NCBI GenBank assembly: GCA_964495565.1
Contig: CAZBWQ010000001.1
Coordinates: 52,166 to 116,165 of the forward strand
From: an uncultured Sandaracinaceae bacterium
GTDB lineage: Bacteria > Myxococcota_A > Polyangia > Polyangiales > Houyiibacteriaceae
Length of the DNA stretch: 64,000 nucleotides
Reading direction: 5' to 3'
The position numbers were made by a program, and so were the translations under genes. Under the pieces are notes generated by a model, which ran no database searches, had not been told where the DNA came from, and saw only the letters and a program-made list of their open reading frames with translations. Within the stretch, counting starts at the first letter, position 1; each line of letters starts with the position of its first letter. Below, one piece after another: positions 38,129-47,787 of the stretch.

Positions 38129-39549
38129 AGCTCCCGTCTCCGATTTCGGCCATCGCTTCACGCGCCGCCTTCTCGACGCGGCTCGCCAGACGTTTCATCG
38201 AGGCGCAGCGGAGAAATGGGCCCCTCCTCGTGGCTGCCGCAGTCGTCGGAATTCTCTCGGGAGGGGTCGCGAGCCTTTTCCACCTGCTCTTGGATTGGGC
38301 TCAGCACGTTCGAGTCGAGAACTGGCCCGCGAGCAGTCTGTGGGGGACTTGGGTGCTGTTCCCGGGCGGTGTCGCACTGATTCTGGTCTGCTCCGTGTTC
38401 CTCGTCAGAAGGATCGCACCGGAGGCAGGAGGCAGCGGCGTGCAGATCGTTGAAGGCGCCCTCGACGGCGTGCTGCCGATGCGCTGGGCCCGAGTCATTC
38501 CGTTGAAGTTCATCGGTGGAGGCCTGGCGCTGGGCTCGGGGCTTCTCATGGGGCGCGAGGGGCCGTCCATTCAAATGGGTGCAGCCGTGGGCCAAGCCTT
38601 CGTCGACATATTCCGGCTTCCCAAGTCGATGGTGCATGCCTTGCTCGCTGCCGGAGCAGGAGCAGGTCTGACTGCGGCGTTCAATGCTCCTTTCGCTGGA
38701 ATCCTATTCGTCGTGGAGGAGATGCGGCCTCAGTTCCAATACAGTGTTTTGTCCGTTCAAGCCGTCGTCGTCGCTTGTGCGCTTTCCGACGTAGTGACCC
38801 GGTTTCTGATCGGCGATGTGGCGGCGATCACGATGCCATTGCTCGACATGCCCGATCTCGACATGCTTTGGCTTTTCGTCCTCTTCGGAGTTCTGTTTGG
38901 TTTCCTCGCTTACGTCTTCGAGGATCTGCTGCTGCAATCGAGTGACTGGATGTCACGACTTTCGAGACCGCGCTTCATCTTGGCGCTCGTCGCGATCGGG
39001 GTATCCATTGGCTGGGCTGGCGGATTCGATTTGCGCTTTCTCGGGGGTGGCGAGAACGTCCTCGAGGGGTTTTTGACGATGTCGACGCCGATGTCCGTGC
39101 TGCTCACGGTGTTCGCCGTGCGTTTCGTGGCTACCGTGGCCAGCTACATCACCGGCGCTCCTGGAGGCCTCTTTGCTCCCATGCTTGCGTTGGGAACGAT
39201 TGCGGGAGTCGCCTACGGAGAGATCGTAGTTTCACTCGGACTTGGAGGTTCGCTGAGTCCTGCACATTTTGCGGTCGCTGGTATGGGGGCATTTTTTTCT
39301 GCGGTGGTTCAGGCTCCCCTCACCGGGATCATTCTGACCGCCGAGATGACCGGAAACTTCACGATGATCCTGCCCCTCATGCTGACCTGCATGGCCGCGA
39401 CCATCACGGCGCACGGATTGGGAACCACCCCGATTTACACGGCATTGTTGAAGCGTGACCTCAACCGTCTCGAAGCCAGTGCGGTGAAGCATCAGGAACG
39501 CGCCAACGACGGCGCTTCCTCCACTCCGAGGGCGCCGAACGAGGGATAG
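38125..39549 (+). CDS. ClC-family H+/Cl- exchange transporter / chloride channel
   Basis: An ATGA overlap joins it to the upstream stop. The selectivity motifs GSGV, GREGPSIQMG and GAPGGLFAP are present. Confidence 0.9.
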   Translation: MKLPSPISAIASRAAFSTRLARRFIEAQRRNGPLLVAAAVVGILSGGVASLFHLLLDWAQHVRVENWPASSLWGTWVLFPGGVALILVCSVFLVRRIAPEAGGSGVQIVEGALDGVLPMRWARVIPLKFIGGGLALGSGLLMGREGPSIQMGAAVGQAFVDIFRLPKSMVHALLAAGAGAGLTAAFNAPFAGILFVVEEMRPQFQYSVLSVQAVVVACALSDVVTRFLIGDVAAITMPLLDMPDLDMLWLFVLFGVLFGFLAYVFEDLLLQSSDWMSRLSRPRFILALVAIGVSIGWAGGFDLRFLGGGENVLEGFLTMSTPMSVLLTVFAVRFVATVASYITGAPGGLFAPMLALGTIAGVAYGEIVVSLGLGGSLSPAHFAVAGMGAFFSAVVQAPLTGIILTAEMTGNFTMILPLMLTCMAATITAHGLGTTPIYTALLKRDLNRLEASAVKHQERANDGASSTPRAPNEG

Positions 39550-39583
39550 GCGCCCCGTGCGGGCGCTCCTATACTGGGTCTCG

Positions 39584-41407
39584 ATGCACAGGATTCATGC
39601 GCCCATGCAAGGTGTCGTCGTCGAGGTCTCGGTGAAGGAAGGCGACCGTGTCGAGCCTGGTCAGCCCCTCGTCATCCTCGAAGCGATGAAGATGGAGCAC
39701 GTCGTCACGGCCGATCGAAGTGGGGTCGTGCGAAAGGTGATGGTGTCTACGGGCCAGACCATGACGAAAGCGCAAATCCTCCTTCGGTTGGAAGAGACAG
39801 GAGCGTCCGAGCAAATCGTCGCAGGCGACGCCGCTCGGGACCTCGCGGAAATCCGGTCTGACCTCAGGGAGCTTCAGGAGCGGCTCGCCAAAGGGCTCGA
39901 TGCGAATCGTCCGGAAGCCGTGAAGCGGCGCCGGCTGAGTGGCCAGAGGACGGCGAGGGAGAACGTCGAAGACCTGGTCGATTCCGGCACGTTCGTCGAG
40001 TACGGCGCACTCGTCATTGCGGCGCAACGCCAGAGGCGCTCCGTCCAGGAGCTCATCGAAAGGACGCCGGCCGACGGGCTCGTTGCAGGCATCGGCAACG
40101 TCAACGGGGCATCGTTCGGTACCGACGAGACTCGCTGTGTCGTCATGTCCTACGACTACACCGTTCTGGCTGGCACCCAGGGAGTCATGAATCACTACAA
40201 GAAGGACCGCATGTTCGAGCTGGCCGAGGAGCTCGCGCTGCCGGTGGTGCTCTTTTCGGAGGGGGGAGGTGGGCGGCCAGGCGACACCGACAGCACACAA
40301 GTGGCCGGGCTCGATTGCCGCGCATTTCAGTATTTCGCAGAGCTGTCGGGGTTGGTTCCGCTGGTCGGCATCAACTCCGGGAAGTGCTTTGCAGGAAACG
40401 CTGCCCTGCTTGGCTGCTGCGACGTCGTGATTGCGACCAAGAGCTCCAACATCGGAATGGGAGGCCCTGCCATGATCGAAGGCGGTGGTCTGGGCGTTTT
40501 CGAACCCGAACAGATCGGCCCTTCCGACGTGCAGTGGGAGAACGGGGTCATCGACGTTTTGGTCGAAGACGATGCCGAAGCGGTACGCGCTGCGCAGAAG
40601 TACCTCTCGTACTTTCAGGGTCGGCTCGAGGAGTGGACCTGCGCCGATCAACGTGCCTTGCGTCACGCGGTTCCCGAAAACCGACTCCGTATCTACGACG
40701 TGCGTTCCGTCCTGCACACGATGGCCGACACCGACTCGGTGCTCGAGCTTCGCGGGGGCTTCGGCCGTGGGATGATCACGGCGTTGGCCCGGGTCGAAGG
40801 TCGGCCCATCGGGATCCTCGCAAACGACCCCAGCCACTTGGGGGGCGCCATCGACGGCGACGCCGCGGACAAGGCAAGCCGTTTCATGCAGCTTTGCGAC
40901 GCGTTCGACCTCCCGATTCTATTTCTTTGTGACACCCCGGGATTCATGGTGGGCCCGGATGTCGAGGCCACCGCCTTGGTTCGTCGAGCGGCCCGCATGT
41001 TCGTCGTCGCTGCGAGCCTTCAGACGCCCTTCTTCACCATCGTGCTGCGCAAAGGCTACGGGTTGGGCGCTCAGTCGATGGCCGGAGGCAGCTTCAAGGC
41101 GACGAGCTTCACCGTGGCCTGGCCGACTGGAGAGTTTGGCGGGATGGGCCTCGAGGGCGCCGTCAAGCTCGGCTATCGCAAGGAGCTCGCCGCCATCGAG
41201 GACCCTGCGCAACGCGAAATCGCTTTCCGGAACATGGTGGCGATGGCTTACGAGATGGGCAAAGCGACGAACATGGCCGCCCAGTTCGAGATCGATGCCG
41301 TGATCGACCCAGCGGACTCGAGGGCTTGGATCATGAATGCGCTTCGGGCGGCGCCGAAGCCCGGTCGCCGTCGCCACAAGAAGCGTCCCTGCATCGACCC
41401 GTGGTGA
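39584..41407 (+). CDS. biotinyl (BCCP) domain fused to an acyl-CoA carboxyltransferase (beta-subunit type) domain
   Basis: The N-terminal biotin attachment motif is LEAMKMEH. The remaining ~510 aa resemble the propionyl-CoA carboxylase beta / methylmalonyl-CoA decarboxylase alpha family (VLAGTQGVMNHYK, GGAIDGDAADKASRF). Confidence 0.85.
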   Translation: MHRIHAPMQGVVVEVSVKEGDRVEPGQPLVILEAMKMEHVVTADRSGVVRKVMVSTGQTMTKAQILLRLEETGASEQIVAGDAARDLAEIRSDLRELQERLAKGLDANRPEAVKRRRLSGQRTARENVEDLVDSGTFVEYGALVIAAQRQRRSVQELIERTPADGLVAGIGNVNGASFGTDETRCVVMSYDYTVLAGTQGVMNHYKKDRMFELAEELALPVVLFSEGGGGRPGDTDSTQVAGLDCRAFQYFAELSGLVPLVGINSGKCFAGNAALLGCCDVVIATKSSNIGMGGPAMIEGGGLGVFEPEQIGPSDVQWENGVIDVLVEDDAEAVRAAQKYLSYFQGRLEEWTCADQRALRHAVPENRLRIYDVRSVLHTMADTDSVLELRGGFGRGMITALARVEGRPIGILANDPSHLGGAIDGDAADKASRFMQLCDAFDLPILFLCDTPGFMVGPDVEATALVRRAARMFVVAASLQTPFFTIVLRKGYGLGAQSMAGGSFKATSFTVAWPTGEFGGMGLEGAVKLGYRKELAAIEDPAQREIAFRNMVAMAYEMGKATNMAAQFEIDAVIDPADSRAWIMNALRAAPKPGRRRHKKRPCIDPW

Positions 41408-41441
41408 GACCGGCTGCGGCTTGGCGCCGTGCTCGATCCCT

Positions 41442-43154
41442 TCACGCCGGATAGTTCGGATTTTTTTGCCAAAGCCGAAGAAAGTCGCGCCGTGACCTCG
41501 GTCCCTTGTAAACCTGCGTTGGCCGAAGAGGAGCTGGGCTCGTCGCGAGCCCGTCTTTGTACTCTCTTCGGGTCTTCGCGAATGCGTCGTCGGCGATCTC
41601 GCAGCGCTTTGCGTCGGGGTCGACTCCGTAAATCCGCGCTGCGTTGAGCCCGAGAATCTTGGCTTTGATCTCGGAGGTCAGCGTCGGGTAGCCATGCGCC
41701 TCGGCGATGGCTTCGTCCATCTGGAAGGCCATGAAGCCCTCCATGAGCGCCTGGGGGCTCCCACCCCAGATCGCATCGGTTCCCCACACGATGTTGTTCT
41801 CGCCGACGTATTTGAGGAGCTTGCCGAAGATGTGCGTTCCTTCGTCCGGCCTGCTGATCGCGCGGGCGCCCGGACCGCCGAGCTCCGCCACGACGTTGCT
41901 CACGTAGTCGGGGCCCTCACCCTCTGCGGACAGCCCGTTGACCACGACCGAATGAATCAAGCTGTTGATTCCGACCGGGTCGTCGTCGGGTCCCCATCGT
42001 TCGGGCTCGTAGGGCCCCTCTGCGACCTGAGCGGTCGAGGTCCTGTTGAAGTTCAGGGCCGAATGATAGACCAAGAACGTCACGTCCGGATAACGCGTCG
42101 CGACCACCCCCACGTCGCGCGCGCTCCCGTACTCGGGATTGAACGACAGAAGCGGCACACCCTTGTGCACGTTGATTAGCGGTGCACCGAGCGATCGGGC
42201 TTGCTCGATCATGGCCTGACCGTACTCTCCGTCGAGCCACCAGCCTTCTGCGACGAGCGAGCCGGAGAGCAGGCCAGCGAGGATCTGTGAGCGTTCCAGG
42301 TCGGCGATGATCGAGCTCGGTAGAGGACCAAACGGGGTGTAACACTTCCACGCGCGAATCCCGAAGTCGTTCACGGCGGTCTCCATCCCGCGCAACGTCT
42401 CTTGAATCCAGCGATCTTTGTCTGCAGCGCTCAGGTGTGAAGAAGGGTTCGGCATGACCGCAGCATGACCGAGCATCCGCTGGGAGCCCGCGGCTTCGTT
42501 GATCAAGTCTCGGGTGTCGGCGATCGCCTGCTTGGGCAAGAAGTCGCCGCATATTCCGGAATCCATCGGGTAGCCGATCCGTTCGGCCTGCTCGCACGTC
42601 AATGCAGGAAAAGTGGAGAGCACTGCGACGTGAAGGTCGCTTTGCCGAAAGATGAGATCGACGAAGTCGTCTCGACCGAGACAAGGAATGTGAGGACCCG
42701 GATCGCCCGGGCATGATCCGGAAAAGAAGTTGTTGAAAGCGGTGGCATAGGCGACGTTCGTCTGTTGCCACATCGCATCGTACTCGCTGTCGGCGTCTAC
42801 GTGGTGCGTCTGCACGTCCATGAGAAACATGCCGCTCGGGTCGAGCAGCTCGCGAGCGCCCTCCAAGTCACACGCGACCTCACTCACGTTTCCGTTCTCG
42901 CAGCCCGTCACCAAATTGACGGCCGACAGCGTGGTGGCGAGCCCGGCCGAGGTCGCCAAGAACGACCGCCGATCCATGCCCAGGCGCTTGGCGTTGCGAC
43001 CGGCCATGTCCAGTGCCGTCTTCTCGATGAGCCGGTCTTTCTCGTCGGGCTCGTGAAAGAACTCACCGTTGGAGCGGACTCCGAAATTCAGGGGCAATTG
43101 CGGCCTCACCTTGTCCCAGTCGAAGGGGTTGCTCTTTCGTCCGCTCTTGCTCAT
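41442..43154 (-). CDS. Tat-signal amidohydrolase-family (TIM-barrel metal hydrolase) lipoprotein
   Basis: The twin-arginine motif MDRRSFLATSAG and the lipobox LVTGC are present. The start is ambiguous among ATGs at 43154, 43007 and 42977. GC3 bias supports translation from 43154. Confidence 0.7.
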   Translation of the reverse strand: MSKSGRKSNPFDWDKVRPQLPLNFGVRSNGEFFHEPDEKDRLIEKTALDMAGRNAKRLGMDRRSFLATSAGLATTLSAVNLVTGCENGNVSEVACDLEGARELLDPSGMFLMDVQTHHVDADSEYDAMWQQTNVAYATAFNNFFSGSCPGDPGPHIPCLGRDDFVDLIFRQSDLHVAVLSTFPALTCEQAERIGYPMDSGICGDFLPKQAIADTRDLINEAAGSQRMLGHAAVMPNPSSHLSAADKDRWIQETLRGMETAVNDFGIRAWKCYTPFGPLPSSIIADLERSQILAGLLSGSLVAEGWWLDGEYGQAMIEQARSLGAPLINVHKGVPLLSFNPEYGSARDVGVVATRYPDVTFLVYHSALNFNRTSTAQVAEGPYEPERWGPDDDPVGINSLIHSVVVNGLSAEGEGPDYVSNVVAELGGPGARAISRPDEGTHIFGKLLKYVGENNIVWGTDAIWGGSPQALMEGFMAFQMDEAIAEAHGYPTLTSEIKAKILGLNAARIYGVDPDAKRCEIADDAFAKTRREYKDGLATSPAPLRPTQVYKGPRSRRDFLRLWQKNPNYPA

Positions 43155-43261
43155 ATGACCGCTCGCCTCTCGTCGCACGAGCACCCTACTATCCTTTGCG
43201 GCTTTTGCGCACCCCCCTCGCCCAACGGGCCGCGAGGGCGCACATCGAAAGGGATCACGCC

Positions 43262-43951
43262 ATGACGCACCCCGAAACGCATTTCGTTCATCGAATCGGC
43301 TGGCTTCGTGCCGCGGTCTTGGGTGCCAACGACGGCATCGTATCCACCGCGAGCCTGATCCTCGGTGTCGCGTCCGCAGGGTCGGGGATCGACGACGTTC
43401 TCTTGGCAGGCCTTGCCGGCCTGGTGGCCGGCGCGATGTCGATGGCGGCCGGAGAGTACGTCTCGGTGAGCTCGCAAGCGGATACCGAACGAGCGGATCT
43501 CGAGAAAGAGCGAAGAGAGCTCGCAACCTATCCGGAGCGCGAGCACGAAGAGATGAAGCGCATCTACGTCGAGCGCGGGCTCGATCCCGATCTCGCCTCG
43601 GAGGTCGCGACGCAGCTCATGCAGCACGACGCTCTCGAGGCGCACGCCCGTGACGAGCTCGGCATCGTCGACGCGCAGAAGGCACGCCCGGTCCAGGCGG
43701 CGCTGGCTTCGGCGGCCTCCTTTGCGGCCGGCGCAGCCCTGCCATGGCTGGTTGCAGCCATCACGCCGTTTGCGACGATCCTCTGGAGTGTCTCCGGGAG
43801 CACGCTTTTGTTCTTGGCGGCTCTGGGTGCGCTCGGCGCACGCGCGGGCGGCGCCTCCATGGGAAGCGCCGCGTTGCGAGTGACGTTTTGGGGAGCCTTG
43901 GCCATGGCCGCGACCGCGGGCGTTGGAGCCCTATTCGGGGTCAGCGCGTGA
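43262..43951 (+). CDS. VIT1/CCC1-family iron/manganese transporter
   Basis: The segments LRAAVLGANDGIVSTASLILGV and MAAGEYVSVSSQ are hallmarks of the VIT family. Start taken at the ATG at 43262. Confidence 0.85.
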   Translation: MTHPETHFVHRIGWLRAAVLGANDGIVSTASLILGVASAGSGIDDVLLAGLAGLVAGAMSMAAGEYVSVSSQADTERADLEKERRELATYPEREHEEMKRIYVERGLDPDLASEVATQLMQHDALEAHARDELGIVDAQKARPVQAALASAASFAAGAALPWLVAAITPFATILWSVSGSTLLFLAALGALGARAGGASMGSAALRVTFWGALAMAATAGVGALFGVSA

Positions 43952-43965
43952 GGGGATGATGAGGC

Positions 43966-43995
43966 GCGCGACACGCTCCGAAGAGCGTGCCGCGC
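43966..43995. terminator. GC-rich hairpin between convergent VIT1 and porin genes
   Basis: GCGCGACACGCTC-CGAA-GAGCGTGCCGCGC forms a 13-bp stem with one mismatch and a 4-nt loop. There is no clear U-tract. Confidence 0.4.
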
Positions 43996-44015
43996 TGGGA
44001 TCGGCGGGCTCCCGA

Positions 44016-45596
44016 TCAGATGAACAAGTGCATCTGAAGAACGAACGAGTTGCCTTTGCGGTTGTCGACCTCGCCGTTCGCGAAGATCGGACGGTTGCGG
44101 TACTCGATCGACACCTTCGCGTTGTGCTTGTGCACGAACATGTTGAGGCCAATCCCGACGTGGTGCATCCACTCGTCGAGTGCCTCGAGATCCGAGCCTT
44201 GCCAGTTCACGTAGGGCTGGAACTGCATTTCCTTGCCAACGGTGAATGGAAGCAAGATGCCGAGCTCGCTGTACAAGGTATGGCCGGTTCCGATCATCGG
44301 ATAGGCGTTGCCGCCACCTTGAACGCCGGTGCCCGCATCGGCCGGATTCATGATGCCGATGTTCCGGAGGAAGTTGGGACCGAAGTTCATGTAGTAGTAC
44401 ACGGCGTACCAAGTGGCCGCTCCGCCTTTGTCGCCCCCGAACGGATGGTCGAGAAACAGGTCGCCCGAGGCGATCACGTTGGTGGAGGACTTGAGCTCAC
44501 CGGAGACCGAGTCGACGTAGGCCATGGCCCAAGGCTGGGCATAGCCGCCGAAGCCGAGGTTGAAGACCTTCTTTCCGCCGATGTAGGTTCCCACCGTGTA
44601 CGGCAGGACGTTCGACTCTTCATCCAGGAACTGAAGCATGAAGTAGCCCGCGTAGGCCCAGGTGTTGGTATCGCGGAAGTTCGCGACGCCCGGGTTGGCC
44701 GTGAGGTCGGGTGGCGTGCCCGGGTTGAGAGACACTTCGTAGGGGGTGAACGGCCGCGTCACTGAGACGCGATAATCGAACAAGCCGAACTTTCCCTTCA
44801 AGTAGAAGCCCATTTGGCGTGCGAATTGGTCGGTGCGCTCGATCAATGGCCAGTTGACGATGGGCAAATCGAGGCTCATCGCCGTGATCGTGCTCGCGTT
44901 GGTCATGCGCGAGATGCCGTTCCAGTAGAGGAGACCGCCGCCGAAGTAGACGGTATCGTTCCTGCTGAGCTGGAACTCCGCCCACGCGTCGTGAAAAAAC
45001 ACTTGTGGCTTCCGCGCGTTCCGGAACGTCTGGTTGTTGATGCCGATGTGCATCAAGACGAAGGTGCGCGGGAAGATCTGCCCGAACATCAGGAATCGAG
45101 CGCGGCGGATGCCGACATCGCCATACCAGTCGCTGTCGTCGCCCACGACCTCCGTTCCCGGGTTGAGCTGCATCGCGCGCGCCCAGACCTGCAACCAGGT
45201 CGCGAACCGAAAGTAGAGGCTTCCGTCTTCGTTCAGGCTGACCTGCAGCTTCTTCGCGACGCCGTCGGCTCCCGTCACGAGACCCGTGCCGCCAGGCATC
45301 TTCGACGGAACCTTCACGGGAATCTCGCCGATGCGCCGTTTCATGGCATCGAGCTGCCGCTGGGCTTCGTCGATTGCCGCCTGTGCGTCGTCTATCTCTT
45401 GTTTCGTGACGTCGTTGCCTTCCGATTCCATCGCCGCGGCCGGTTGTTCGCCAGCGGTTTCCCCAGCCGGTTCGGGCTCTTCGGCCCAGGCCACGGAAGG
45501 AGCCCACCCGATGATTGCGATGCACGCCAGGGCCCCGATCCAGGCGCACCTCACCTGTTGCGGCTCAAGGCCGCTTTCCCATTTTCGCCTCATCAC
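44016..45596 (-). CDS. putative outer-membrane beta-barrel porin with N-terminal coiled-coil segment
   Basis: It has a signal peptide (...WAPSVAWA/EEP) and a heptad-like segment (QEIDDAQAAIDEAQRQLDAMKRRI). Alternating aromatic/Gly-rich beta-strand patterns follow. It is the last gene of the acs-permease transcription unit. Confidence 0.55.
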   Translation of the reverse strand: MMRRKWESGLEPQQVRCAWIGALACIAIIGWAPSVAWAEEPEPAGETAGEQPAAAMESEGNDVTKQEIDDAQAAIDEAQRQLDAMKRRIGEIPVKVPSKMPGGTGLVTGADGVAKKLQVSLNEDGSLYFRFATWLQVWARAMQLNPGTEVVGDDSDWYGDVGIRRARFLMFGQIFPRTFVLMHIGINNQTFRNARKPQVFFHDAWAEFQLSRNDTVYFGGGLLYWNGISRMTNASTITAMSLDLPIVNWPLIERTDQFARQMGFYLKGKFGLFDYRVSVTRPFTPYEVSLNPGTPPDLTANPGVANFRDTNTWAYAGYFMLQFLDEESNVLPYTVGTYIGGKKVFNLGFGGYAQPWAMAYVDSVSGELKSSTNVIASGDLFLDHPFGGDKGGAATWYAVYYYMNFGPNFLRNIGIMNPADAGTGVQGGGNAYPMIGTGHTLYSELGILLPFTVGKEMQFQPYVNWQGSDLEALDEWMHHVGIGLNMFVHKHNAKVSIEYRNRPIFANGEVDNRKGNSFVLQMHLFI

Positions 45597-45624
45597 AACT
45601 CTCCTATCCTGTGTGACCGACCGA

Positions 45625-47454
45625 TCAGTGATGTCCGGTCGGTGCCGTCGAGCCCGCCGGTACGCGGATGTGCTCGACCAACTCTTGTACCTCCTCGGGA
45701 GGAGGTGGCGTGAATCGGCCGACCACGAAGACCACGATGAAGTTGATCAACATCCCGACCGCGCCGATGCCTTCCGGTGAAATCCCGAACCAGTACTGAT
45801 CCGGCGTACCGCCCATGAACTTGAAGTAGATGATGTAAGCAGCGGTGAAGACGATGCCCACGAGCATCCCTGTCACCACGCCTTCGCGGTTGGCCTTCTT
45901 GGCGAAGACTCCGAGGATGATCGCCGGGAAGAACGACGAGCAGGCGAGGCCGAACGCAAACGCGACGACTTGTGCCACGAACCCTGGCGGATTGATGCCG
46001 AAGTACCCCGCGATGACCACCGCGAAGCCCGCGGCGACGCGCGCTGCGAAGAGCTCCTGCTTCTCCGTGATTTGCGGGGCGAACACACGCTTCAGCAGAT
46101 CGTGGCTGATCGAGGTGCTGACCACCAAGAGCAAGCCGGCTGCGGTCGAGAGCGCGGCCGCCAACCCACCGGCGGCAACCAGGGCGATCACCCATGCTGG
46201 GAGCTTTGCGATCTCCGGATTTGCGAGCACGATGATGTCGCGGTCGACGTAGAGCTCGTTGGCGCTGTCCGGGTTGGGGTTTTTCACCACCCGCTGGCCG
46301 TACTCACCCCGCGCTGGCGAGCCGTCGGGCGCCGTGGCGAAGTCGGGTTTCCCACCGGCTACGGCATCGCCGGCCACGTACTGGACCTTGCCGTCACCGT
46401 TCTTGTCCGTCCAAGCCAAGAGACCGGTGTTCTCCCAGGTCTTGAACCACTGGGGAATCGACTTTTGGCCTTCGACTTGGGCGTAGCTCGCGCCTTCGAC
46501 GGTCTGAATGAGGTTCGTGCGTGCGAATGCCGCCACGGCAGGCGCGGTCGTGTAGAGCAGGGCGATGAAGAAGAGCGCCCAACCGACGCTGGTCCGCGCG
46601 TCACGCACTTTGGGCACCGTGTAGAAACGCACGATGACGTGGGGCAACCCGGCCGTGCCGGCCATGAGCGCGCCCGTGATGCACAACACGTCCAGCATCG
46701 ACTTCTTGCCGCTCGTGTATTCGGCGAAGCCGAGCTCGGTGTTCAGCTGGTTGAGCTTGTCGAGAAGCTTGACGTTCTCGCCATTGGCAATCTGTGAGCC
46801 AACTTCGCCACCGAGAGCCGCCCCGAACCCGATCTGCGGGATCAGGTGATTCGTGAGCAAGATGCTGATGAAGAACGCCGGAACCAGATACGCGAAGATC
46901 AAGACGCAGTACTGCGCCGCCTGGGTATAGGTGATGCCTTTCATGCCGCCCAAAACGGCGTAAAAGAAGACGATGGCCATCCCGATGAGCACGCCGGTAT
47001 TGATGGGGACCTCGAGGAACCGACTGAACACCACACCGACGCCGCGCATCTGGCCGGCGACGTACGTGAACGAAACGAACACCGCGCACAGAACTGCGAC
47101 GATGCGTGCCCCGTTCGAGTAATAGCGGTCGCCGATGAAGTCAGGCACGGTGAATTTGCCGAATTTGCGCAAGTACGGTGCCAACAGCAGTGCCAAGAGC
47201 ACGTAGCCGCCCGTCCATCCCATCAGATAAACGGCGCCGTCGTATCCCATGAACGAGATCAAGCCGGCCATGCTGATGAAAGAAGCCGCGCTCATCCAAT
47301 CCGCGCCCGTGGCCATTCCGTTGACTACGGGGTGAACGCCTCGACCGGCGATGTAGAAATCGCCCGTCGTGCTGGCCTTCGACCAAATCGCGATGCCGAT
47401 GTAGAGCGCGAAGGTGCCGCCCACGATGATGAATGTCCAAGTCTGTACGTCCAT
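45625..47454 (-). CDS. sodium:solute symporter family permease, large subunit (ActP-related, VC_2705-like subfamily)
   Basis: SSS motifs are present (GADWMSAASFISMAGL, YDGAVYLMGWTGGY). At 609 aa it carries a soluble insertion, and it is paired with an upstream DUF4212-type small subunit. Confidence 0.9.
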   Translation of the reverse strand: MDVQTWTFIIVGGTFALYIGIAIWSKASTTGDFYIAGRGVHPVVNGMATGADWMSAASFISMAGLISFMGYDGAVYLMGWTGGYVLLALLLAPYLRKFGKFTVPDFIGDRYYSNGARIVAVLCAVFVSFTYVAGQMRGVGVVFSRFLEVPINTGVLIGMAIVFFYAVLGGMKGITYTQAAQYCVLIFAYLVPAFFISILLTNHLIPQIGFGAALGGEVGSQIANGENVKLLDKLNQLNTELGFAEYTSGKKSMLDVLCITGALMAGTAGLPHVIVRFYTVPKVRDARTSVGWALFFIALLYTTAPAVAAFARTNLIQTVEGASYAQVEGQKSIPQWFKTWENTGLLAWTDKNGDGKVQYVAGDAVAGGKPDFATAPDGSPARGEYGQRVVKNPNPDSANELYVDRDIIVLANPEIAKLPAWVIALVAAGGLAAALSTAAGLLLVVSTSISHDLLKRVFAPQITEKQELFAARVAAGFAVVIAGYFGINPPGFVAQVVAFAFGLACSSFFPAIILGVFAKKANREGVVTGMLVGIVFTAAYIIYFKFMGGTPDQYWFGISPEGIGAVGMLINFIVVFVVGRFTPPPPEEVQELVEHIRVPAGSTAPTGHH

Positions 47455-47481
47455 GACCCTCTCCTTCTCTGACTCGAACGA

Positions 47482-47754
47482 TTAGTCCTCGTGCACGCCG
47501 TACTCTCGGTCCAGCTTGTTCATTCGCCACGCGTAGACGAAGATCAGGACCACGAATACGTAGATGGAACCCTGCTGCGAAAACCAGAATCCGAGCGGAA
47601 AGCCGGTGCCCGGAATGGTGATGCTGTTGAGCGCGTCCGCCCAGAAGATGCCCGCCCCGTAGGAAACGAGCCACCAAATCACGAGCAGGGTGGCCAAAAG
47701 ACGAATGTTCTTCTTCCAGTAGTCCTGTGCCTGCTGCTTCTTCGATTCGCTCAT
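47482..47754 (-). CDS. DUF4212-type putative solute:sodium symporter small subunit
   Basis: 90 aa with 2 TM segments. GFPLGFWFSQQGSIYVFVVLIFVYAWRMNKLDREYG matches my memory of DUF4212. It does not resemble YjcH/DUF485. Confidence 0.8.
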   Translation of the reverse strand: MSESKKQQAQDYWKKNIRLLATLLVIWWLVSYGAGIFWADALNSITIPGTGFPLGFWFSQQGSIYVFVVLIFVYAWRMNKLDREYGVHED

Positions 47755-47787
47755 CGTTGATTCCGTTTCTCCGCCTTTGGCGGCACC

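Noticed and set aside
36506-38161. 551-aa ORF on the minus strand
   Set aside because: It is antisense to the discoidin/GT-C membrane protein gene. It is Arg/Pro/Gly-rich with no domain signature. The plus-strand frame has the coherent TM pattern and lipobox.
39569-40837. 422-aa ORF on the minus strand
   Set aside because: It is antisense to the BCCP-carboxyltransferase gene, whose motifs (EAMKME and the CT domain) are unambiguous. It is a shadow ORF.
47482-47754. Initial call of this 90-aa protein as YjcH/DUF485, and of the permease as canonical ActP
   Set aside because: The sequence (GFPLGFWFSQQGSIYVFVVLIFVYAWRMN) matches my memory of the DUF4212 symporter small subunit rather than YjcH. 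The permease is longer than ActP and carries an insertion. They are therefore called as an SSS large/small subunit pair with acetate only as the inferred substrate.
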